DNA of 64,000 nt from an uncultured bacterium (GCA_963722385.1 CAVRKK010000002.1:128001-192000); one strand, 5' to 3'; positions 51,118 through 61,851 are shown, numbered from the stretch's first letter. A program made the numbers and translations. The notes: generated by a model not told the origin, from the letters alone.

Positions 51118-52236
51118 ATGAAGTATATTTGGCAAAATAAACGCTGGCCACATTTCGAATACGATATTACCGGCATACAAGATATACTCTATTGCTATGC
51201 TATTACGACGGGTTCTTTGACAGCTAGTATGAGCCACCTGCCTAATCACTTAAAGATCGATGCAACCATCGATTTACTGGTATCAGAGGCTATGAAAACA
51301 TCAGAGATTGAGGGAGAAAACCTTGACCAAGAAGATGTGCGGTCATCTCTAAGAAACCAGTTAGGCCTTACAAATAATACTCTGCTTATTAAAGATCCCC
51401 GAGCAATAGGCATAGCTCAACTCATGATTGCTGTTAGAAAAAACTATGATCGGTTGCTTACTAAGGAAGAATTATTTTCATGGCACGCTATGGTGCTACC
51501 TAAGCCTTTGAGTGGAGGCATGGAAGTAGGTCATTGGCGGACGGGTAATGATCCCATGCAGATAGTCTCTGGCACTATTGGCCGAGAAACAATTCATTAT
51601 GAAGCTCCTCCAAGTTCAAGGCTTGATAATGAAATGGAACAATTCATCGCTTGGTTTAATGCAACAGACCCACATAAAAGTAACCTAAATATGCCAGGCC
51701 CCGTAAGGGCTGCTATTGCCCACCTTTATTTTGAATGTATACATCCATTTGTCGATGGCAACGGACGGGTAGGCCGAGCTCTTGCAGAAAAAGCTCTATC
51801 CCAAGAGCTACAACGGCCTGTTTTGTTTAGTCTTTCTACCACCATACAGAAATATAAAAAAGAGTATTATCAGCAGCTATCTATTGCCAGCAAAGACGAC
51901 ATGAATATTACTGGGTGGGTCGAGTACTTTGTAAAAACTATTTATTCTGCCCTTCTAGATTCTCAAGAACAGATTGTTATGGTAGTCCAAAAAGCTCAAT
52001 TTTGGAATCACTACGCATCAAAATTAAATGATCGCCAATCAAAAGTAGTAGCTCGAATGTTTAAAGAAGGGACAGCTGGTTTTAAAGGTGGTATAAATGC
52101 CCATAAATACATGGCGATAGCGCACTGTTCGAAAGCTACCGCAACAAGGGATCTTGCTGAATTGGTAGCTTATGGGTGCTTAGAAAGATTACAAAGTGGC
52201 GGTAGAAGCACAAGCTATAAAATTAAGCTCCCGTAA
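51118..52236 (+). CDS. Fic family protein (DUF4172-type N-terminus, C-terminal wHTH)
   Basis: YIWQ...WP.F, TSEIEGE, HPFVDGNGRVGR, SKATATRDL..GGRSTSY. Confidence 0.92.
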   Translation: MKYIWQNKRWPHFEYDITGIQDILYCYAITTGSLTASMSHLPNHLKIDATIDLLVSEAMKTSEIEGENLDQEDVRSSLRNQLGLTNNTLLIKDPRAIGIAQLMIAVRKNYDRLLTKEELFSWHAMVLPKPLSGGMEVGHWRTGNDPMQIVSGTIGRETIHYEAPPSSRLDNEMEQFIAWFNATDPHKSNLNMPGPVRAAIAHLYFECIHPFVDGNGRVGRALAEKALSQELQRPVLFSLSTTIQKYKKEYYQQLSIASKDDMNITGWVEYFVKTIYSALLDSQEQIVMVVQKAQFWNHYASKLNDRQSKVVARMFKEGTAGFKGGINAHKYMAIAHCSKATATRDLAELVAYGCLERLQSGGRSTSYKIKLP

Positions 52237-52259
52237 AAAACAAGAAGCTAGATAATGCA

Positions 52260-52667
52260 TTATCGCAATGATATTCTATATGATGGATCAATTGCTTTAA
52301 GCAACTGTTCAAGCTTATCGAAACCCGGCACATGCTTTCCTTGCTCGTATTGGGCATAATCATTAATTGACTTAGCATTTAGGCGTGTTTGAACATCCTC
52401 TAATTTCATTTTATTTTTTAGTCTTTGCCTTTTAAGAATCAAGCCCATTAACTTTTTGTCGTCATTTGACTCTACAAATACATCTCTTCCTGCTATAGTA
52501 GAATCAATCAAGAATGCTGGGTCATTTACCAGTGCTTCTATAGCATCCTTGACCATTTCAGGGATCTCTTCTTTGCTCTCTGCTTGAACCATGAGATTTA
52601 AAAGAGGAATTTTAGCGAGCCAGAATTGGTCCTTTCTGCTCTTCCATACGTTGCCTGATACTATCAT
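52260..52667 (-). CDS. HicB-like antitoxin with C-terminal XRE HTH
   Basis: WLA.IP.L....QA.SKEE...M.KDAI; LKRQR..SINDYAQYEQGK..P. Confidence 0.7.
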   Translation of the reverse strand: MIVSGNVWKSRKDQFWLAKIPLLNLMVQAESKEEIPEMVKDAIEALVNDPAFLIDSTIAGRDVFVESNDDKKLMGLILKRQRLKNKMKLEDVQTRLNAKSINDYAQYEQGKHVPGFDKLEQLLKAIDPSYRISLR

Positions 52668-52680
52668 TTTTTCCCTTTGT

Positions 52681-52740
52681 TTAGTTTTTCCCAGCCGCCC
52701 TTAATATACTTCGAGCAAGCATCTCGTTTACCTCTCTATG
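52681..52740 (-). pseudogene. C-terminal remnant of a HicA-like toxin
   Basis: Minus strand reads HREVNEMLARSILRAAGKN* immediately upstream of the antitoxin. Confidence 0.65.
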
Positions 52741-52779
52741 CCAAGAAGATCTCTCTTTCGAGTCTACACTGCTTGTTTC

Positions 52780-54165
52780 TTAGGCAGGAACACCACAGAT
52801 TTCAGCGCGAATTGCCTGAATATGTTTAGGAACAAGAATCGTGTACTGTTTTCCTTCTAAATATTCTTGCAACGACTTAGTATAGCAAGAGCACGAGTCC
52901 TCACCCTTCAGAGAAGGCAAGTGAGCAGCACCAGCCATAACAAATATAGTATTATCGGCCGGCAGTTCAGCATCAATTGTCTTAATAACCTCAATCATGT
53001 CATTATTGCGGGTAACAACTAAAAAGGGGAAAACTATTTCAATAAAAAGTTGTTTAATTATTTTACTAATCCCCGTTTTCTCGAAGAAAGCGGTATAATC
53101 CAGCGCTCCAAGAACACCCCCTATTATAAGCAGCGTTTTTGGTGAGAAGAGCAAAGGAAGGACAATACCCGCAGCAATAAGGGCTCCTACACTAGCCCAC
53201 ACGGAGAGGCCGATGTTACCGCTTTCCCACCCATAGATCGATACTTTACTTGGTAATGCCGATGAGCGCTTAACTGCTTTATTAAGAAGCGCCTCGCTAT
53301 CATCGTCAAATAAAAATCCTGTGAGGCCCTGCAAAGTGCCTGCAATCTGTTTAGCTACATCGCGCGGCTCCTTACTATTAAAATCGAGACCCTCTAAAAG
53401 AATAACGTCGCCCGGCTTAGCTAAGCTTTCCATTGCTTTAAAATTGAGCATAATGCATTCTAAATCGTTATGTACTTCGCCAAGAAACACAATTCTCGAT
53501 TTTTCAGGAACCGTTGTGCCTCCTTGTTCAAAATGGAAGGATAATGGTTGTGTTAAGGGATGAAGAAGTTTGCCGCCTTTGCCTTCATTTTCGAGTAGTT
53601 TAATAACGCCAAAAGAGTGTGTTTTAAGAGCATATTCTAGAGGTGATTTATCAAAATCATCCACCACATCGTTATTTTTGTTTGTATGGGAAGCTATGGT
53701 GCCTAGTAAGGCACGGTAATGAGGATACTCTTCTTTAACCGAGTCTCCAAAAGCATAGCTATACAGATAAGGACTTAATCTGTAGATAGCATATATAAGT
53801 GCCCCCAATGCAAATATCTTAGTTTTGATACCAGGCACATTTTTTAAAATCAACGTAATAAAAAAGGGAACGACGCCGAGGGGGAGAAAAATTGTATTAA
53901 GATTAACGTCATATTTGGATTCGGGAAAGGGAACCGACGCTGCTGCATGATGCATAAGGGTCTTGCCCTCGCTGTCCTTCATGGTTGTGAGGGATGGCAT
54001 CTGCTTAAGTATTGTTTGCAGTTTTACCACATCATGGTTATTAATAGCATTACGTGCTTCCTCATACTGCTGATGTTCGTGAACATCGGCTGCTTTGAAC
54101 ACGCTCGTTGTACTCAAAGATGCTATTGCTACCATAAAAGCTGCTCTACAATATGCTTTATTCAT
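52780..54165 (-). CDS. Ankyrin-like repeats + TM segments + TraB/ChaN/EreA-like domain protein
   Basis: GKTLMHHAA, KSPLEYA; VFLGEVH, ILLEG, TRN..M, MAGAAHL. Confidence 0.6.
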   Translation of the reverse strand: MNKAYCRAAFMVAIASLSTTSVFKAADVHEHQQYEEARNAINNHDVVKLQTILKQMPSLTTMKDSEGKTLMHHAAASVPFPESKYDVNLNTIFLPLGVVPFFITLILKNVPGIKTKIFALGALIYAIYRLSPYLYSYAFGDSVKEEYPHYRALLGTIASHTNKNNDVVDDFDKSPLEYALKTHSFGVIKLLENEGKGGKLLHPLTQPLSFHFEQGGTTVPEKSRIVFLGEVHNDLECIMLNFKAMESLAKPGDVILLEGLDFNSKEPRDVAKQIAGTLQGLTGFLFDDDSEALLNKAVKRSSALPSKVSIYGWESGNIGLSVWASVGALIAAGIVLPLLFSPKTLLIIGGVLGALDYTAFFEKTGISKIIKQLFIEIVFPFLVVTRNNDMIEVIKTIDAELPADNTIFVMAGAAHLPSLKGEDSCSCYTKSLQEYLEGKQYTILVPKHIQAIRAEICGVPA

Positions 54166-54368
54166 AAGCGTCTCTTTAGCTAGATAGATTATTCAAAACT
54201 TGACTACACTATTATACTCTTTATTGTAAAAATTGCAATATGTAATAAAATTTCAACATGGACCGTCCTTGGACATTTTTAAGACATGATATCACGGTAG
54301 AAGGCGGCGTGGGCTTAAGCTCATTGGCATGCTATACTAGAAAACAAATCATTTTCTAAGGCATATTC

Positions 54369-57227
54369 ATGCGCCAATTGCTTTTAGCGCTTTTTGTACT
54401 ATCGTTACCCTGTATGCTCAAGCTCTATGGGAGCGTCGACTGCCAGCTTGATCTCCTTGACGATAGGTACCAGGAGGCTTGTGAAGGCTGCGTCCATGAG
54501 CTACCCGATTCATTTGTTGTTGAGCAGGTGCGCTTGATCAATGATATTATGGTCGACAACGAAGAGCTTACCACGCTCATTGGCCTTAAGCAGGGTGCAA
54601 CCTTAAGCCGCCAAGAGCTCGCACGTGGTTTGCAAGCACTCAAACGCAAGCAAAAATTTAAGACAGCACACATTCAGGCGCATCAGGGAACCACTGGCTG
54701 GGTCTTTACCCTTACCTGCACCAGCATCCCCACCATACGCAAGGTCACCTTTACCACTAATGTCAGCTTGCCAGAAAAGTATCGCATGGTGTACGCCGTA
54801 GAATCTGGTGAGCTCTTTGATGAAAATAAACATAAGCAGCTCCTTGAGCAGGTGAAGATGACGCTCTACAAAGATGGCTACTTTGAGCACACACTGACCT
54901 CCCGCCTTACGTATCACCCCAAAACAAAAGAGGTTGACGTTATAATTAACGTGGCTTCCGGAAAGCGCTTCACTATTGACAAGATCAGCGTAGATTGTAC
55001 GCCAGAAACTGCAAGACAAGAACAAGAAGTCACGAGCACGAAAATTTTAGAGCCTGGCCTCAGATACGAATATTTCACCCAAGCGCTTGTTAAAGAGCAG
55101 CTCGCCGTTCTCCACAAGCATTGGCAGAGCGAAGGGTACAGCTCCCTAACCATGAAGCCGTCATTTAAGCTTAATAGAAAAAAGCATACCATTAATATTT
55201 ACCTTTCCTTGACTCTCGCTGAGCATAAGAATTACACATTTTCTGGCAACCAGTTTTTTCAAGCGGCCACGTTACGTGAGGCAGCGGTGCTTTTGGGCCC
55301 ATCAGTTCCTATCTTACCGCCTGCGATCGTTGCAGAAGAAATCATACGCCTTTATCACCAGTCAGGCTTCCTCGATGTTACGGTTACCCCACAAGAACAA
55401 GAAAGCGCTTATAACTTTGCCATCGTTGAAGGACCACGCTGCAAGTTGTTAGCTCTTAAATTCGAAGGCATAACAGCCTGCAGGGACAGCTTTGTCCAGA
55501 CATATTTTGCTCCCGTCATTGATAACGCTTATTATGATGCGCATATACTTCAGGAATGCTGCGACAGCCTTGCCCAATGGTACTTGAGCCATGGGTATTG
55601 GGACTTTGCATTTGCCGATGAGTCGTTTGAGCAGGGAGAAAAGCCAGAAGAAAAAATATTGGTGATACAGGTGCGTGAGGGCGAGCAACGATTTTTGTCG
55701 CGCGTCGACCTTGATAACTTTCCCGAAATTGCGCACGAAGAAATTTTTAAAAAATACCAGAAGCTTGATAAGCCGATTCCTTTCGATATCTATATTATTC
55801 ACGAGCAACAACAATGGCTGACCAAATATCTCCACAAAAAAGGGTATCTCTATAGCACCTTTAAGCCAGACTTTGTGCCTGAAGAAGGCGGCATCATTTT
55901 ACGTTGGAAGCTCGCTGGTTCGCCAGAGCCTGTCCGCTTTGGCAAAACGATTGTTTTAGGGAGCACCTATACCGTTGCCCATGCTCTTTTACGTGAGCTC
56001 GAATATCGCGAAGGGGACGTGTTTAACATCGACCTTGTGCATCGATCCATAAGCCGCCTCAAGTCTCTTGCTCTTTTTGAAAGCGTTTCTCTTCAGCCCG
56101 CCGATCTCTTCAAACCAGAGCCCTACAAAACAATGCTCCTTAAAGCCACCGAAGATGATCCATTTGAAATAAGGACCCGCTTAGGCATAGCATTTATAGG
56201 ACGTAATATAGAATTACGCGGTGGCACCACCTACCGACTCGGTGCATCTTTTTTATGGAAAAGCCCTACCAGACAAGCAGATCTTTTGCGCCTCGATACC
56301 GACGTCATGCGGTATATCCGAACAGCCACGTTGAGCTATCGCTTGCCCTGGCTATGGCAATTTCCCATTAAGACAACGTTTAAAGTCTACACTTCTTTTT
56401 ACGAGCAGCCATTTGTTATCGGCTCGCGCGATATTTTATATAACGCATTGCATTCAGGGTTTTCTGCGCGATTTGAAGGCGACTATCGCTTTTTTGACTG
56501 GGGGCTCAATACAGGCATAGAGTGGATGAAGCTCGAGGGGCTTTCTGAGCGCCTCGCAAAAAAATTGGAATTTGAGCCCGATCTGATCGATCGGTCATTT
56601 CCGTATCTCGTGTGCGAGCCAAGCATCTTTTTTGATTACCTGGACAATAAGCTCCAACCAACGCGGGGAATTTTGACCATGATTTCACTACGCGGGATGT
56701 TTCCATTTACGCTCCGCGATGCTTGGTATATTAAGCTCCTCGCTGAACAATCATGCTTTTTCCCGATCTATAAGCGTGTCGTACTTGGTTTACGTATCCG
56801 CTTCGGGCATATTTTTAACGGACGCTTTGAGCGCATCATGCCTACCGAGCGCTTTTATTTAGGCGGCGCTTATTCATTGCGCGGCTACGAGCCGGATCAT
56901 GCGCCACCACTTAATTTTTACAAAGACTCAGCAGGACAAACTCATTTGGTACCCATCGGTGGCAAGTCCATGCTCAACCTAAATTTTGAAGTCCGCTTTC
57001 CTTTGTACAAAAATATAGGTGGCGTGCTGTTTACCGATATAGGCATCCTTTCAAAGCACGGCATGCCGGATATAGCACGACAAAATCTCCTCGGCTCGTC
57101 TGGATTTGGCCTTCGTTATGATACCTCGGTCGGCTCGCTACGCTTTGATATCGGCTGGAAATGGAAGAAGCGGTTTAAGGATGACCGATCATTTGCTTGG
57201 TTTCTTACCCTGGGACAGGCGTTTTAA
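54369..57227 (+). CDS. Omp85/BamA-family outer-membrane protein with POTRA domains
   Basis: Signal peptide, repeated Y...GY/GF POTRA motifs, RFYLGGAYSLRGY, GFGLRY.T.VG.LRFD, C-terminal GQAF. Confidence 0.9.
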   Translation: MRQLLLALFVLSLPCMLKLYGSVDCQLDLLDDRYQEACEGCVHELPDSFVVEQVRLINDIMVDNEELTTLIGLKQGATLSRQELARGLQALKRKQKFKTAHIQAHQGTTGWVFTLTCTSIPTIRKVTFTTNVSLPEKYRMVYAVESGELFDENKHKQLLEQVKMTLYKDGYFEHTLTSRLTYHPKTKEVDVIINVASGKRFTIDKISVDCTPETARQEQEVTSTKILEPGLRYEYFTQALVKEQLAVLHKHWQSEGYSSLTMKPSFKLNRKKHTINIYLSLTLAEHKNYTFSGNQFFQAATLREAAVLLGPSVPILPPAIVAEEIIRLYHQSGFLDVTVTPQEQESAYNFAIVEGPRCKLLALKFEGITACRDSFVQTYFAPVIDNAYYDAHILQECCDSLAQWYLSHGYWDFAFADESFEQGEKPEEKILVIQVREGEQRFLSRVDLDNFPEIAHEEIFKKYQKLDKPIPFDIYIIHEQQQWLTKYLHKKGYLYSTFKPDFVPEEGGIILRWKLAGSPEPVRFGKTIVLGSTYTVAHALLRELEYREGDVFNIDLVHRSISRLKSLALFESVSLQPADLFKPEPYKTMLLKATEDDPFEIRTRLGIAFIGRNIELRGGTTYRLGASFLWKSPTRQADLLRLDTDVMRYIRTATLSYRLPWLWQFPIKTTFKVYTSFYEQPFVIGSRDILYNALHSGFSARFEGDYRFFDWGLNTGIEWMKLEGLSERLAKKLEFEPDLIDRSFPYLVCEPSIFFDYLDNKLQPTRGILTMISLRGMFPFTLRDAWYIKLLAEQSCFFPIYKRVVLGLRIRFGHIFNGRFERIMPTERFYLGGAYSLRGYEPDHAPPLNFYKDSAGQTHLVPIGGKSMLNLNFEVRFPLYKNIGGVLFTDIGILSKHGMPDIARQNLLGSSGFGLRYDTSVGSLRFDIGWKWKKRFKDDRSFAWFLTLGQAF

Positions 57228-57230
57228 ATA

Positions 57231-58268
57231 TCACAGTTCAAGCGTACGGCCAGCCTGCGCCAGAAACTCGAGGACTTCAGGATCATGCGTAATTTCGCTC
57301 TCTAATGCCGGAAGATGCCGATCAACATAATCAAAGAGCTTTTCAAGTGATTTCTTTGCTTGATTTGCTTTAGTTTTACCAAGGATATACGTAAATATTT
57401 TACGAACAGCACTTCGATTCAATGAGCTTTTCAGGTAAAAGCGCACAAAATAAGCTCGCTGATCATGGGTCAAGTCGGGTATCAATGCTTCGGTACGATC
57501 CGCTACCTTTTGGCCCAAACGCGCTTGAGCCAAACCACCTATACGATTTTGGTCTGCCATTTGTGAAACGCGAGGTTGATTGCTCCTAAAAAAATTTTTT
57601 GAGGATGACCAATCTTCGACTTCTCTTTTTTGAAGATCAAGCTTAAAGAGCATCTGGCCATAGGCTTCCGCTTCTTGACGTGCACCTTCTTCAAATATAT
57701 TACGGGCTTCCCCATGGCCTATCGGCGTAAATCCCTGCTTGAGATGCCATGCACGTCCGATAGCATTTGAAGGCTTAACGCGCGACAGGATAGTTTGCAC
57801 TTGTCCATCTTTAATTAATTCTTGCTTCCATGAATTAAAAAGTTGAACGCCAAGGCCTTTTCGCTGCTCAGAAGCATCAACGCCTATATATGAAAGCTCA
57901 GCATACGTAGGATCTTCATGGATACCTTGCTCTATAAGCAACGTAGAAGCAACGACCGGATGGCTGTGGATCAATATGCCGAGAACCTTGCCTTTATCCG
58001 CCAAAACTTTAATACCAAGACCTTCCGCATCTTGAGGAAGCAGTGAAAAGGGTGTCATATGTAGCAATAACGTCTCAAACGTACCACTGCAAACAGCATC
58101 ATCTTCATCAAATTCACGCCAATGCTGTGTACAAATAGCGTGCGCAGCCTGGTAATCCTTCGCAGGATTATACTTTCTTACTATTATCGCATTTGAAGAT
58201 AAGCAAGAAGCAAGCGCCAGATAATAAAAAGCGGAAAAAACTATATTTCTAACTGTAAGCATTATCAT
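57231..58268 (-). CDS. Secreted GNAT-domain protein with extra C-terminal region
   Basis: Signal peptide; IGVD..EQRKGLG acetyl-CoA motif, N..G..WH.KQGF. Confidence 0.7.
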   Translation of the reverse strand: MIMLTVRNIVFSAFYYLALASCLSSNAIIVRKYNPAKDYQAAHAICTQHWREFDEDDAVCSGTFETLLLHMTPFSLLPQDAEGLGIKVLADKGKVLGILIHSHPVVASTLLIEQGIHEDPTYAELSYIGVDASEQRKGLGVQLFNSWKQELIKDGQVQTILSRVKPSNAIGRAWHLKQGFTPIGHGEARNIFEEGARQEAEAYGQMLFKLDLQKREVEDWSSSKNFFRSNQPRVSQMADQNRIGGLAQARLGQKVADRTEALIPDLTHDQRAYFVRFYLKSSLNRSAVRKIFTYILGKTKANQAKKSLEKLFDYVDRHLPALESEITHDPEVLEFLAQAGRTLEL

Positions 58269-58441
58269 GACCTCTATTTAAAAAAAATTATGTTTCACAA
58301 TATAAACTATCCAAAATTTCGCTATTTTGTCAAGATTATTTCAATTATACGCAATGCCAATCTTAAATTTTACAATTTTTTTGGCATATATATAATTAAT
58401 ATTGATACATTTTTCAGCGCTCGTTATATAAAGTGGCAATT

Positions 58442-59002
58442 ATGAAACGTCTTCTATTAATTCTATCAGCATTCACGATATTTTCATCATCAGTAACCGC
58501 CTTTCACCAAGAGATTACTCTCAGGATAGAATATTTTACCAATTTAGATAATCCTGATAGCACACAATGCTGCCTTCAAGACCTTGCAAAAATCCTTGAC
58601 AAAACGCCTTATGGGCTCGTAGCTGCTCCTAAACTTATTGAAGCAAGCTTTATGCGAGAGCCTGAAAGCATAATTTCGCATCTTGGTTCATTACCATTTT
58701 GGTTTAAACAAAGTATAGGGCAACTTATCGGACTTGATCAGCTCATCCCTTTATTAACTCAACGTATCGCGAGCAATGGTAAAGTTGATTGCTCCGCTAT
58801 ACGTAAGCAACTCCAAGAAACCCGCATAAAAAAGCGCAACGAGCATAACTTAATACTTGCCGCAGGCCGCGTTGCCTGTAAAACAATGGCCATTACGGTA
58901 TTAACGGCTTGTACAACAATCCTAGCAGGCCTATTAACCTATCGCCTTCGGGCTCGTTCAGGTTCAACGGTGAGTATCGGAGCAGCGGCATCAGCAGCAT
59001 GA
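58442..59002 (+). CDS. Hypothetical secreted/membrane protein
   Basis: Signal peptide and C-terminal hydrophobic helix. Confidence 0.6.
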   Translation: MKRLLLILSAFTIFSSSVTAFHQEITLRIEYFTNLDNPDSTQCCLQDLAKILDKTPYGLVAAPKLIEASFMREPESIISHLGSLPFWFKQSIGQLIGLDQLIPLLTQRIASNGKVDCSAIRKQLQETRIKKRNEHNLILAAGRVACKTMAITVLTACTTILAGLLTYRLRARSGSTVSIGAAASAA

Positions 59003-59203
59003 TCGAAAATCAATTTAATTAACATATTTTAAATATTTCAAGACATTACCCAACTTGAGGCCCTTGATCATGGCCGCATATCATTTTTATTAGAATTGGT
59101 GGCTAATACCAAGCTGGCTGCTCATTTTTTTGCTTTATATGAAAAAAACTTTATATTCATAAGTAGAATACTAGTATATGGGTAAAAACACTGGATAAAA
59201 AAA

Positions 59204-59893
59204 ATGAATGAAGAGCGCTATCATGACCACTCGCATAAAAGCCACGAAACTTCCATTTTAAGCGAGATTGGTTGCCACTTGCCGTGGGCGACCTTTTCGA
59301 TAGCTCTTGGATTCGTACTTTTAAGTATCCTGCATTTCATAAGCCTCGGCATCTCGCGATATGGAGCAGCCTCGCAGGGCTATCATATTCTTTTTCACTC
59401 ATTCCATTACCTCCACATAGTCTATGCGGTAGTTGGTACATTTGTGACGTTTTCTCGCTTTTCAAAAGCATTAGCACCCGGCATCATTTTATCTATTATT
59501 TCGCCTTCCTTTTTTTGTACGCTCTCTGATGTCGCCCTTCCAACGCTTGCTGGCAACATTTTGGGAGTTAAAATGGCCATGCATATTTGCTTTATAACAG
59601 AATTACATAATATCCTGCCCCTGCTTATCATGGGGCTTGTCACGGGATTATTTTTGCGATCGCACCATGAGTCATTGCTCAGCTTTTTTTCGCTTGGGTC
59701 CCACTTTGTTCATATACTCATCAGTTCGCTCGCGTCCCTTTTTTACATGGTATCTTATGGCTTTACCAATTGGCATGAGTCAATGGGACTTCTGTTTTTA
59801 TTTTTGGTTATCGCCGTAGTAGTCCCCTGCACCTTATCAGATGTTGTTGTTCCTTGGTATTTTGCTCAAAAGAAGTTTGCCCAAAAGAAATGA
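59204..59893 (+). CDS. His-rich polytopic membrane protein
   Basis: HDHSHKSH N-terminus, FHSFHYLH, CTLSD x2, several TM helices; ATGA overlap with potA. Confidence 0.7.
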   Translation: MNEERYHDHSHKSHETSILSEIGCHLPWATFSIALGFVLLSILHFISLGISRYGAASQGYHILFHSFHYLHIVYAVVGTFVTFSRFSKALAPGIILSIISPSFFCTLSDVALPTLAGNILGVKMAMHICFITELHNILPLLIMGLVTGLFLRSHHESLLSFFSLGSHFVHILISSLASLFYMVSYGFTNWHESMGLLFLFLVIAVVVPCTLSDVVVPWYFAQKKFAQKK

Positions 59894-60981
59894 AAACCAT
59901 AAGCATTAAAAATGTTACTAAAAGTTACCATGGCGAAGTGGTGCTTGATAAACTCAACTTGACGATCCCGCTCGGTAAGTTTTTTGCACTCTTAGGCCCA
60001 AGTGGCTCAGGTAAAACCACCCTCTTGCGCCTCATTGGCGGCTTTGAAAAAGTCGATGCCGGAAAGATCTATCTTGCCGATGAAGACATTACCGATAAGC
60101 CAATCAATAAGCGCCGCGTTAACACAGTTTTTCAGAATTACGCACTTTTCCCTCATATGGATGTGTTTGCCAATGTTGCCTACAGCCAGGTCCTCAAAGG
60201 CTTGCCTCGAGAAGAAATCCAAGAAAAGGTATACAAAACCCTCCGCAGCGTTAATTTACAAAGCCACATGCACAAGTCCATCAATCAGCTTTCAGGAGGA
60301 CAACAGCAGCGCGTAGCACTCGCACGGGCCATTATTAACGAACCAGAAGTACTCCTTCTTGATGAACCCCTGGCAGCGCTTGATGTCAAACTGCGTGAAA
60401 AGCTGTTGATTGAGCTCATTGAGCTCCAATACAAGCTTAAAACAACTTTCATTTATGTAACGCATGACCAATTTGAAGCGCTCACAGTTGCCGACCAATT
60501 GGCGATCATGAACCATGATGGCGAGATTGAGCAGATTGGTACGCCCAAAGAGATTTACGAGTTTCCCGTCAGCTCCTTTGTTGCCAAATTCGTCGGGACA
60601 ACCAATATTATTCAGGGTAAATTGCGCCTCCTCGACCATGAACTCGCCCTTGAAGCAGAAGGCCTTGGCAACTTTAAGGTTGCTGGCGCTCAGCCTAAAG
60701 AGTGGCTCAAAGATGGCGCCACGGTGTATATGAGCATCCGCCCTGAAAAAATTCTCATCAGTAAGCTCCCTAAAGAAGGGTTCTCGAACATGATCCGTGG
60801 CATTGTCGAGTCGATTGTTTATCACGGCCGGTCAACCCAATATAACGTACGTTTAAAAAATGGCAGCCGTCTTCAGGTATTTGAGCAAAATGACGAGCAC
60901 TTTCCCCAGGAAGTAATCGATTATGACAACGAAGTGTACGTATACTGGCAAAAAGAGAATGTAGTACTCCTTCAACGATGA
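59890..60981 (+). CDS. potA: Spermidine/putrescine ABC transporter ATP-binding protein
   Basis: GPSGSGKTT, VNTVFQNYALFPH, LSGGQQQRVALARA, VTHDQ, TOBE domain. Confidence 0.9.
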   Translation: MKTISIKNVTKSYHGEVVLDKLNLTIPLGKFFALLGPSGSGKTTLLRLIGGFEKVDAGKIYLADEDITDKPINKRRVNTVFQNYALFPHMDVFANVAYSQVLKGLPREEIQEKVYKTLRSVNLQSHMHKSINQLSGGQQQRVALARAIINEPEVLLLDEPLAALDVKLREKLLIELIELQYKLKTTFIYVTHDQFEALTVADQLAIMNHDGEIEQIGTPKEIYEFPVSSFVAKFVGTTNIIQGKLRLLDHELALEAEGLGNFKVAGAQPKEWLKDGATVYMSIRPEKILISKLPKEGFSNMIRGIVESIVYHGRSTQYNVRLKNGSRLQVFEQNDEHFPQEVIDYDNEVYVYWQKENVVLLQR

Positions 60982-60987
60982 GATTTT

Positions 60988-61833
60988 ATGCAAAAATTAA
61001 AAAATGCTCTTTTTTCAGCAATGGGCGCTTTTTTTGGCATCCCGGTGGTGCTTTGGCAAATTCTCTTCTTTTTCTTACCCTTAGGTGTCGTGCTGCTTCT
61101 GAGCATCGTCAATTTGCAGCAGGGGTTGAGCTTTGCTTCGTTTCGTACTTTTTTTACCCCCACGTACGCTTATGTCATTGGACGATCACTCGTCCTTGCC
61201 TTTACTAATGCATGTCTATGCTTAGTAATTGGCTATCCGCTCGCTTATTTTTTAGCATTTAAAGCAGGCAGGTTCAAAAACTTCTTGCTCTTTCTTTTTA
61301 TTGTGCCTTTTTGGACCAACTTTCTCCTGCACGTTTATGCCTGGTTTTTTGTGCTCGAGCGAGGTGGGTTTTTAAATACGTTTTTGCGCTACCTCGGCAT
61401 TACAAAGGAGCCTTTACATATACTTAATACGCTCTATGCCGTTTCACTCATGATGGTCTACTATTATTTACCCTTCATGGTATTACCCCTCTATACGTTA
61501 TTAGAAAAGTTTGATTATCGATTTATCGAAGCATCACTCGACTTGGGCGCAAGCTGGAGCCAAACAGTGCGCAAGATTATGATACCCATTACGCTCCCCG
61601 CGATCTTATCCGGATTTTTCTTGGTCTTTGTTCCTTCATTTGCCGAATTTGCTATACCGGAGCTCTTAGGTGGCGATAAAGTAATGTTTGTCGGTTCGGT
61701 CGTCTCACACTATATTTTAGGTGGCACCACCATTTCATATGGCGCTGCCTTTACGGTCTTAAGCTCGGCTGCCCTCATCCTGAGTGCGCTCATACTTTAC
61801 CCCTGCCTTAAAAGGCTGGCCAGAATGCTATAA
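60988..61833 (+). CDS. potB: Polyamine ABC transporter permease
   Basis: YPLAY, VPFWTN, LPFMVLPLY, EAS.DLGA. Confidence 0.88.
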   Translation: MQKLKNALFSAMGAFFGIPVVLWQILFFFLPLGVVLLLSIVNLQQGLSFASFRTFFTPTYAYVIGRSLVLAFTNACLCLVIGYPLAYFLAFKAGRFKNFLLFLFIVPFWTNFLLHVYAWFFVLERGGFLNTFLRYLGITKEPLHILNTLYAVSLMMVYYYLPFMVLPLYTLLEKFDYRFIEASLDLGASWSQTVRKIMIPITLPAILSGFFLVFVPSFAEFAIPELLGGDKVMFVGSVVSHYILGGTTISYGAAFTVLSSAALILSALILYPCLKRLARML

Positions 61834-61851
61834 AATTGAAAGGGAACGCGC

